A DNA stretch of 32,000 bases, taken from an uncultured Nitrososphaerota archaeon (GTDB lineage: Archaea; Korarchaeota; Korarchaeia; Korarchaeales; Korarchaeaceae). A program made the position numbers and the translations under genes. How positions within the stretch are numbered: position 1 is the first letter of the stretch; each line of letters starts with the position of its first letter. The stretch spans positions 1-32,000 of the forward strand of contig CAYZRF010000015.1 in the NCBI GenBank assembly GCA_964480775.1, in the 5' to 3' direction. Of the stretch, positions 1 through 6,388 are shown piece by piece. The notes beneath the pieces are model-generated. The model did no database searches, was not told where the DNA came from, and saw only the letters and a list, made by a program, of their open reading frames with translations.

Positions 1-29
1 TTAACCTTAAATGGTATTAGAAGTGTACC

Positions 30-296
30 ATGAAGCAAGAATTATCTGATCAGCAGATCAAGGCTGCGATTCTAGGCAAGCTAAAGAATAGAGGATATTG
101 GGGAGCTCATTATACCCCTTTAGACAGTTTAGTTAGGTGGCTCAGCAAGAAGATAAGGAGAAACGGAAAGAGAATTCGCAAATTAGTCAACCAGCTCGTT
201 AACGATGGATACGTTCTGCTTCATAAAAAAGGAGCTACTATTTCATTGAATCCAAGGAAAAGCGAGGAAATCATAGAGTACATCAGAAGGTTCTAA
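30..296 (+). CDS. small basic protein, probable winged-helix DNA-binding protein (hypothetical)
   Basis: 88-aa ORF. The C-terminal half (RIRKLVNQLVNDGYVLLHKKGATISLNP) has the recognition-helix plus beta-wing pattern of wHTH regulators. No specific family recognised. Confidence 0.45.
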   Translation: MKQELSDQQIKAAILGKLKNRGYWGAHYTPLDSLVRWLSKKIRRNGKRIRKLVNQLVNDGYVLLHKKGATISLNPRKSEEIIEYIRRF

Positions 297-394
297 TTTG
301 TTATCTTAGTTTTGCCATGTCTACAGAGATAAAACGTCCTAGAATCGATTCCTTTATAGTTGGCTAATTAGACAAATAGATAAAAGTAGTAATT

Positions 395-864
395 ATGATG
401 GGGCAAACGGTAAGGAAGGCTTCTCTAAAGGACGCTGAGAGCATACTTCACGTAATAAACGCTTCGAACAGAGAAGCCTTCAGCAAGATAATTCCAAAGG
501 AATACTTCAAGGAACCAATCCTTTCCATGAAAGAACTCCTTAGAGACTTCAAAAGGATGACCTTTTACGTTTTTGAGGGAGACAGAGGGGTAGTAGGGGT
601 CTCAGCCCTTAAGGTTGAGGGAGATGTGGGAAGGATCAGATGGGTTTATGTCCTTCCTGAGCATCAGAGAAAGGGAATTGGAACCGCTCTAATCAGAAAC
701 ATTGAGAAAGAGGCAAAGGAAATTGATTTGAAGAAGTTATGGCTCCTCACATCCGAGAAAGCATATTGGCCGTTAATTTCTACAAAAAGCATGGATACAA
801 GCTTGTTGATAGGATAAAGAGGCCTTACGGTTACGATGACATAATGGAGAAGGAGATGCTTTAA
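395..864 (+). pseudogene. GNAT family N-acetyltransferase, interrupted by a single frameshift near 764-769
   Basis: The 395..817 ORF carries the GNAT acetyl-CoA motif (VLPEHQRKGIGTALI) but ends in a non-GNAT tail (YWPLISTKSMDTSLLIG). The other frame, from about 769 to the stop at 862-864, reads AVNFYKKHGYKLVDRIKRPYGYDDIMEKEML, a typical GNAT C-terminus. Confidence 0.7.
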
Positions 865-1001
865 AGATGTCAATGCTGGGGTAGAGGCGCCTGCATAGTG
901 TTAGATTTCCTTCATAGTTGATTTTTGCGGTGAATAGCTCACAAGTTTAAGATGTTTAGAAGGAAAATGAGAATGAAGATAAAGAGGTAAAAAGTCGAGG
1001 C

Positions 1002-1469
1002 TCATAACCTGATTAAGGTCCAGGTTCCGTCTAGCTCAATCTTCAATTTATTCAACACCTCTCTTCCTAACAAAACCTCTTGAGATAGAAACTCTGGCTC
1101 CGTAGGAGTGTAAACGTTAACTTCTCCGATTTGAACAGATTTCTCCAAATTTGGATCGATAAGACTCGCGTTAACCCTGAAAACCTCGCAAGAAACTGGT
1201 CCGTAAAGCGGATGGTCTAAACGCTTTAGCTTAACAGGCTTCATGCCCTTCAGGATGCGGACAACTTGAAAATTGGGGTATATCCCCCCGTCGAATCCTG
1301 TGTCCAATATAGCTGGGCCTCTGGCTGTAGCCAGGTTTGTTTCTAAGACTAGGTAAACAACAGGTACGTCTGGGATCCTTTCGCCGTCCTCATCAAGGCC
1401 ATCTAGCTCATACCTATACCTCAGCTCCTTTGATCTCAACGACCCACTCACCTCTAATCCTTCTGCCAA
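1002..1469 (-). CDS. retropepsin-like (clan AA) aspartic protease, AF_0612-type
   Basis: 155-aa ORF with the catalytic motif AILDTGFDGG (D-T-G) preceded by a hydrophobic beta strand (VPVVYLVLE). TTG start; alternative GTG/TTG starts lie a few codons downstream. Its 5' end overlaps the upstream RHH gene. Confidence 0.65.
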   Translation of the reverse strand: MAEGLEVSGSLRSKELRYRYELDGLDEDGERIPDVPVVYLVLETNLATARGPAILDTGFDGGIYPNFQVVRILKGMKPVKLKRLDHPLYGPVSCEVFRVNASLIDPNLEKSVQIGEVNVYTPTEPEFLSQEVLLGREVLNKLKIELDGTWTLIRL

Positions 1470-1689
1470 TCCTCTTAGGAGATCTCAGCTTCAGAGTGCC
1501 GGATGATTTGAGTTTCCACAAAACCGTGGGGTATTCCTTAGGCTCCTCAGTAAGTCCCTGTTTCTTCAGGTATAATCTGAGAGCTTCAGCTAATATCCTA
1601 CTCCTCGGCACCCCTTCTTCCTTAGCCAGCCTATCCAGACCCTCCAACAAGCTTTCAGGCAAGCTTATACTGATCTTCTTCGCTCCCAT
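1414..1689 (-). CDS. ribbon-helix-helix (CopG/Arc/MetJ-type) DNA-binding protein with a basic C-terminal tail
   Basis: N-terminus KKISISLPESLLEGLDRLAKEEGVPRSRILAEALRLYL matches the beta-strand/helix/helix RHH pattern. A 45-aa Lys/Arg-rich tail follows. A TATA-like element lies 16-30 nt upstream of the ATG. Confidence 0.75.
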   Translation of the reverse strand: MGAKKISISLPESLLEGLDRLAKEEGVPRSRILAEALRLYLKKQGLTEEPKEYPTVLWKLKSSGTLKLRSPKRIGRRIRGEWVVEIKGAEV

Positions 1690-1704
1690 TAGGTATGAAT
1701 GGTA

Positions 1705-1719
1705 GTATATTTTCTTAAA
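1705..1719 (-). promoter_or_regulatory. TATA-box-like element for the RHH/protease operon (near-leaderless)
   Basis: Minus strand reads TTTAAGAAAATATAC, centred about 23 nt upstream of the ATG at 1689. Confidence 0.4.
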
Positions 1720-1902
1720 TGTTACTACTATGGATTACCAACTTGTTAGATCTATTCTAATTGAGGCTTAGAGGCTTAATTAGATAAGAAGATTGGAGGA
1801 TTTTCAAGCGCGCTGTGTTCTTATGCCTCTTGGATACTCTTCAAATCCCATTGTTAACATACAGAGTATAAAGGATGTTGGAAAATAGTTCTTTAAAGGA
1901 AA

Positions 1903-1996
1903 TGGGGCCGCCGGGATTCGAACCCGGGACCTCCGGCTTTCTCGGCCGTTTTTGGCACCCAAGGCCGGCATCCTCGCCTAGCTAGACCACGGCCCC
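1903..1996 (-). tRNA. tRNA-Pro (anticodon UGG) with a 19-nt canonical intron at 37/38
   Basis: Minus strand: GGGGCCG-TG-GTCT-AGCTAGGCGA-GGAT-G-CCGGC-CTTGGG[TGCCAAAAACGGCCGAGAA]A-GCCGG-AGGTC-CCGGG-TTCGAAT-CCCGG-CGGCCCC-A. Cloverleaf folded by hand. CCA is not encoded. Confidence 0.9.
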
Positions 1997-2013
1997 ACCG
2001 CTCCTCGCGTTTC

Positions 2014-2026
2014 TAGATTATAGAAA
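2014..2026 (-). promoter_or_regulatory. TATA-box-like element upstream of tRNA-Pro(UGG)
   Basis: Minus strand reads CTTTCTATAATCT, 18-30 nt upstream of tRNA position 1. Confidence 0.4.
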
Positions 2027-2325
2027 GTAGATTAAAAAGTTTTGGCCTTTTAGGCTCTGTTGCATTTACGAGTGATGGGGGATAAAAAGTTTAGAATTTT
2101 TCTTTTGTTGCGTCCTCGAGAGATAACACTTTTTCTTATTGGGCTATACTGCTTCTTCTCAGCACCGAGATACTATAGTACAATGAATTAGAACATAACG
2201 TCCTAAATCCTGAACATGCTGTTCCAAAGCATAGTATCAAAAGAGGAAAGGTTGTATTACTTCAACATGCTTTGAAGTAAATCGATGCACTTTATAAGGC
2301 CCATAAACAGGTTTCAGAAGTAAAT

Positions 2326-3615
2326 ATGAGCTTAAGAAAATTTGGATTCTGTATAACGGCGAAGCGACTGAAAGTGTGGAGTACTCTTCCCGCATTAGCA
2401 GTTGCGCTTTTGCTTAGCCTTTCCTCTGTCGCGACTGTTCAGGCAGTATCTATGGATGAATGGGAAATCACCGTTGAGTCCAACATCTCGTTGAGCGCCG
2501 ATGTCAGGAAGGGAATTGAGGGCGCCGCGGAGTACATAATCAGAGAAGTGATTCCAGACTGGGAGGAGTTCGCTTCGATCCAGTGCATCTGCCAAGTCAT
2601 AGAGCAGGAGGGAGACAGCTATAGGATTAACATGGTTATCAACGCAGAACGCACAGACGGAGTTGAGATCTGTGCAAAGATCTTGTTCGAGTACGACGCC
2701 AAGAGCGGAGAGTATGTGGTTAAGGGGGAGGGGAATGCACCGACAACGACCGACGATGAAGAGGTACCGCTACCCATAAATGCTACCTCAACGGAACCGA
2801 CAGGCGACAACGATGCCGAACCCTCAATCACCCCGCCGTCCAAGACGGGCATAGGCATAAGCCTCTGGAGCAGGTTTGAGCTGAGCAAGGAAACGGAGAA
2901 GGACATCAAAGATACGGCAGAACGACTAGTTAAGGAGAGGATAAACGTTGAGGAACTTGGAGGAGTGGCTGCTATAGAATGCTTCGTCCTAAGAAGCGAA
3001 GGAGAGTGGTACACCATCTACGCAAAGATATTTGGGAAACCGCTGCCGCCAGGGTCACCCGGGGCCTCAGAAGGTAAGGCGATGGCTTGGGAAGCAGCGT
3101 TCAATTACAATCCAGCACAGGGGACCTATGAGGTCATAAGTTTTTCAGAGGTCGACAACTTTCTGGTGCCAGATGACGTGGAGCAGGAGGCGGTAAAGAT
3201 AGGGGAAGGAGACACCGAGATCAAAGCGTTCGTCACGGAAAACGCTGAGAACAACCTAACCTTACGGGTTATGTGGATAAACAGACATGAGGGAATAGTG
3301 AGGCTTGAGTATGCGGCCGCTCTTCTTCTGAACGAGACCCACGCCCTCTACAAGGGCTTGACCGTCTACATCGATGTGGGAGGTGAAGAGGTCCTCTACG
3401 TGGAAAAGCATGAAGGAGTGTGGTACGCGCCAGGCCTAAGGGGAGCACCCGAACCCGGAGAAATAGGAATGGGGACTCCAACACTCACGCCTAGAGCAAC
3501 TCCAACTACCACCAACACGGCTGCAAGCACCCCAGCTAAATACTACAGCTTAGGAGCAATACTGGTCGCTATAGCTGCTGTATCGCTACTCGCGGTCAGG
3601 AAGGCTTGGACATGA
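2326..3615 (+). CDS. secreted, C-terminally membrane-anchored protein with three tandem alpha/beta (PepSY- or cystatin-like) repeats
   Basis: Signal peptide (LPALAVALLLSLSSVATVQA/VS). Three similar modules (around aa 60-135, 190-285 and 290-365). Thr/Pro-rich linker (TPTLTPRATPTTTNTAASTP), then a hydrophobic helix and basic tail (LGAILVAIAAVSLLAVRKAWT). GC is visibly higher than the flanks. Confidence 0.65.
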   Translation: MSLRKFGFCITAKRLKVWSTLPALAVALLLSLSSVATVQAVSMDEWEITVESNISLSADVRKGIEGAAEYIIREVIPDWEEFASIQCICQVIEQEGDSYRINMVINAERTDGVEICAKILFEYDAKSGEYVVKGEGNAPTTTDDEEVPLPINATSTEPTGDNDAEPSITPPSKTGIGISLWSRFELSKETEKDIKDTAERLVKERINVEELGGVAAIECFVLRSEGEWYTIYAKIFGKPLPPGSPGASEGKAMAWEAAFNYNPAQGTYEVISFSEVDNFLVPDDVEQEAVKIGEGDTEIKAFVTENAENNLTLRVMWINRHEGIVRLEYAAALLLNETHALYKGLTVYIDVGGEEVLYVEKHEGVWYAPGLRGAPEPGEIGMGTPTLTPRATPTTTNTAASTPAKYYSLGAILVAIAAVSLLAVRKAWT

Positions 3616-4007
3616 AGCGCGCGCTGCCCGGTGATTTCATTGTTTGGGTAGGCACAGCTATTTAGTGTCAAAGGCAACTTGACCTCCAATTGCAGTTTTT
3701 CCTTCCTTTTTCTTCCCCCAATATTGACAACAAAATTTCTAGAAAAGCCGACTGGTTTCAATGTGGGAGCTCCCTCTACTCGTGATTTGTGAGGATAAAC
3801 ATCTTGCGGCATTTTATCATCATAATATACTACTAAGGCTGGAACCATTCCTCCAAAAAGATATTCTGGGTTCCTTCTAGATCCAAAAACGTGCCTCACT
3901 TCATATTTTTCTCTCACAGCAACCAATTCGGCTAGCTTCATATATAAGTTAAACCCCTGATCTTCGGACATGCCACTTGTGTCAATTAGTTCAACTTTTA
4001 TTCCCAT
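3543..4007 (-). CDS. hypothetical protein (possibly N-terminally truncated)
   Basis: 154-aa ORF with no motif recognised. The frame stays open for 18 more codons upstream (KAKACANRPLELLNELKR) with no start codon. The 3' end overlaps the convergent gene by 73 nt. Confidence 0.35.
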   Translation of the reverse strand: MGIKVELIDTSGMSEDQGFNLYMKLAELVAVREKYEVRHVFGSRRNPEYLFGGMVPALVVYYDDKMPQDVYPHKSRVEGAPTLKPVGFSRNFVVNIGGRKRKEKLQLEVKLPLTLNSCAYPNNEITGQRALHVQAFLTASSDTAAIATSIAPKL

Positions 4008-4236
4008 TCTCTTAAGTTCATTTAGAAGTTCTAAAGGTCTGTTAGCGCACGCTTTTGCTTTTTATTAAAAGCTCTTTAGTTCAACTAAATTCCAGTAGAC
4101 ATTCCAAGATAACACGAGATCAAACCAATAACCAAGGAAAAGACTGACTCGACCTTAGGGTCGTTTGCCTCTGAACCTTATAATTTTTGATAAGAGGTCG
4201 CTTTTTAACTCAGTTTAAGCCCTCCCGAAGATTAAG

Positions 4237-4578
4237 ATGAGTGCAGAAAAGATTGTTATGAGTGCTGTTTCGATACTTGAAAGGAAAATTCGCTTAACAG
4301 AGCAGCAATGGACTCACATCATTCTCAGGCACCCAGAACTCTCAGGCCAAACTCAGAAAATTAGAATAACTCTAGAAGAACCTGATGAAGTTGTATATGA
4401 TGAGCTTAACGACAACTTTCGATACGTTAAGCTGTTCGAGAAAACGCCTTTCTCCAAGAAGCATTTATTAGTGGTCGTCAGACATTTGGACAAAGAAGGA
4501 TTTGTCATAACTGCCTTCTTCATGAGCAGGATTAGGAGAAGGGGAAAGGTGGTGGTATGGAAGGGGAGAAAAGGGTGA
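4237..4578 (+). CDS. DUF4258/BECR-fold-like putative toxin (probable RNase)
   Basis: 113 aa. Shows the W-x-HI-x-x-RHPE ... LEEPD ... LLVVV ... GFVITAFF pattern typical of small archaeal/bacterial DUF4258-type toxins. Overlaps the downstream DUF2283 gene by 22 nt. Confidence 0.55.
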   Translation: MSAEKIVMSAVSILERKIRLTEQQWTHIILRHPELSGQTQKIRITLEEPDEVVYDELNDNFRYVKLFEKTPFSKKHLLVVVRHLDKEGFVITAFFMSRIRRRGKVVVWKGRKG

Positions 4579-4772
4579 TCATAGACTACGACAAGCGGGC
4601 TGATGTGCTTTACATAATCCTAAAAAGAGGGAAAGGGGTAGCGGAGGAGATTCTAGATGGTATATTTGCAAGATACGATCATAAGACTGGAGAACTGCTC
4701 GGTCTAACCATAGTTGGCGCATCTAAGCTCCTAGGAAAAGGAATGAGAGTAGAAGTTCCCTCATTCAAGTAA
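4557..4772 (+). CDS. DUF2283 family protein (putative antitoxin)
   Basis: 71 aa. IDYDKRADVLYIIL ... ARYDHKTGELLGLTIVGASKLL matches the DUF2283 signature (YD-x-x-x-D-x-LYI ... G-x-x-x-GIEI-x-x-AS). Confidence 0.7.
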   Translation: MEGEKRVIIDYDKRADVLYIILKRGKGVAEEILDGIFARYDHKTGELLGLTIVGASKLLGKGMRVEVPSFK

Positions 4773-5156
4773 AAGAAGCCCAATATTATAGACGCGCGTG
4801 CTACGTCCTAGGTAATGATTTAGTTGAGAAATATAGAGAAATCACTGATTACGTTACTTTAGGCATAGATTTCTTCAAAGAGAAGGTATCAACAACTCAG
4901 AATTATATTGGCCAACTTGATATCGAGCTGGTGTTTCTGATTGATCTAAAAACAACAGGTTCTACTGAACGGGAAAGTCCTACCCAACGTCTAGCCAACA
5001 AAGAGGGTTGGTTGGGTTTCTGATCTAAAAACGTATTTCTTCAACCTAGATGTCCGAAAGGTCATGATTCTGGGATGCCATGATTTGACGGTTTTTAATC
5101 CTAGGTCTAGGATTTCTCTAGTTTCTAAGGGATCACAAGACATGAAGCAATCGTAA
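4773..5156 (+). pseudogene. decayed gene remnant with no start codon, disrupted by a 79-bp segment
   Basis: An open frame without any ATG/GTG/TTG start reads ...LGNDLVEKYREITDYVTLGIDFFKEKVSTTQNYIGQLDIELVFLIDLKT... to TGA at 5021-5023. A second frame continues SDLKTYFFNLDVRKVMILGCHDLTVFNPRSRISLVSKGSQDMKQS to the stop at 5154-5156. Family not recognised. Confidence 0.3.
4933..5032 (+). repeat. imperfect direct repeat pair (GTTTCTGA[TTGA]TCTAAAAAC) flanking the disruption in the gene remnant
   Basis: Copy 1 at 4933-4953 (21 nt), copy 2 at 5016-5032 (17 nt). They are identical except for a 4-nt TTGA insertion in copy 1. Confidence 0.7.
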
Positions 5157-5347
5157 ATGTTAGTCTCATGAATATTAAGAAATTAATCCTTGAATTATCT
5201 CTCTAATGCGATATAAGTGATATAAATAGACTTTACAGGGCTTTTATTTGAAAAATAATGACCGAAAACTCGATCTACTAAGGATCATTGATAGTAATAA
5301 AAAAGCAAAATACTGCTCTAAATAATGAGAAAATGAAAGAGAGTTAG

Positions 5348-5496
5348 TGCCGGGGGCGGGATTTTCGCCCCGAACATTCTTTGGGGATTCGAACCCGCGA
5401 CCTCCGGAATCCACCCATTTCGAGCCCATGGACGCGGAAGGATTATGAGTTTCGCCCTCTAAGAGACCGGCGCTCTAACCGCTGAGCCACCCCGGC
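5348..5496 (-). tRNA. tRNA-Met (anticodon CAU, elongator-like; the tRNA-Ile2 alternative is not excluded) with three introns
   Basis: Removing 16 + 34 + 26 nt from the 149-nt minus-strand sequence leaves a perfect 73-nt cloverleaf: GCCGGGG-TG-GCTC-AGCGGTTA-GAGC-G-CCGGA-CTCATAA-TCCGG-AGGTC-GCGGG-TTCGAAT-CCCGC-CCCCGGC-A. Confidence 0.85.
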
Positions 5497-5525
5497 ACAC
5501 TTTCCATATTGTTTTGGCACCTAAA

Positions 5526-5538
5526 CTTATATTTTTTG
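5526..5538 (-). promoter_or_regulatory. TATA-box-like element upstream of tRNA-Met
   Basis: Minus strand reads CAAAAAATATAAG, 31-41 nt upstream of tRNA position 1. Confidence 0.45.
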
Positions 5539-5758
5539 CGTTTCAACTACAAATTCTCGAGTAGAATGCCCCTCTCCTGATCTTTTAATGCAGTCGAACA
5601 GATTGCCAGCATGTCCTTAACTTTACCGCTTTTATGTCTCGACTACCTCAGTCCTCTTCCAGAGGTATTGGTCTGCCCTTTCCTTAACGAAGTAGAGGCT
5701 AGCGCGCTGATAGAGAATCCTGATAATATGAGGATAGAAATTAAGCTAGATTATCTTA

Positions 5759-6151
5759 TCAAATTCTTTGTTTTAAAGAAATTATTTTGCTAATAATTTC
5801 TTCTAATGTTTTACAAGTTTTTCCACAACTATAAGCTTCTCTTATAATTGTTCTAATCACTTGAGGACGTTTTTCTGGATTCTGTCTCTGTGATATACCA
5901 AATCTGCTGCAGCAGTCTTCTAGAAACTTTTCAAAGAGATCTTCACCGATTTCTTTACGCAATACTCCTCCAAGATTTTTCTTAAAGCAAGCGAACCTAT
6001 CGCTTATCTTATTGGGCCAGTCTTCAACGGGTTCATCAAAAAGTTTCAGTAATTTATGGTTGGATCTTGGACTTGAGTCTGAATCATAGTCGCTGTCCAA
6101 TATGACATAAAGGCGGTCCTTGGCGAGGAATGAGAAAGAAATGAGATTCAT
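5759..6151 (-). CDS. hypothetical protein (orphan, low GC)
   Basis: 130-aa ORF with no motif recognised. Local GC is about 33-37% by eye, lower than the surroundings. Confidence 0.4.
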   Translation of the reverse strand: MNLISFSFLAKDRLYVILDSDYDSDSSPRSNHKLLKLFDEPVEDWPNKISDRFACFKKNLGGVLRKEIGEDLFEKFLEDCCSRFGISQRQNPEKRPQVIRTIIREAYSCGKTCKTLEEIISKIISLKQRI

Positions 6152-6388
6152 GATTTCTCCTGTTAAGAGTTAGCTATACTTCTTTTCGGATGATGTGGGC
6201 TGAAGAGTTAGTTGAAATTTACCTTTGCACGTACATGCAAGCAATCTAATGATGGGATTAAATCTTGATTCTTCTTTTTAGTCCATCAGTCTAGTCTTCC
6301 CCGCCCTTCTATTAGGGCTCTTCTAGACCAGAACTCGCCTACCTAAGCTTTTAGTCTTGTAATAACTCCATAAAGAAGGCTACCACTA

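Noticed and set aside
1414-1469. Possible programmed frameshift fusing the RHH protein to the aspartic protease across the 56-nt overlap.
   Set aside because: No slippery heptamer or stimulatory structure was seen. The protease ORF already contains its own N-terminal beta strand and has in-frame TTG/GTG starts, so overlap with translational coupling is the simpler explanation.
1337-1705. Long ORFs antisense to real genes: 1337..1705, 2619..3017, 8741..9037, 11248..11682, 13901..14473, 14798..15127, 19973..20524, 23614..24054, 24307..24579, 27138..27446, 28155..28433, 29975..30244 and 30278..30553.
   Set aside because: Each lies fully inside a gene with clear family motifs on the other strand. 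Their compositions are Ser/Leu/Pro/Thr-rich mirror images of Glu/Lys-rich genes, with no motifs and no plausible promoters.
5244-5429. 61-aa ORF on the minus strand.
   Set aside because: It overlaps the 3' half of the three-intron tRNA-Met gene, so the open frame is a by-product of the GC-rich tRNA sequence.
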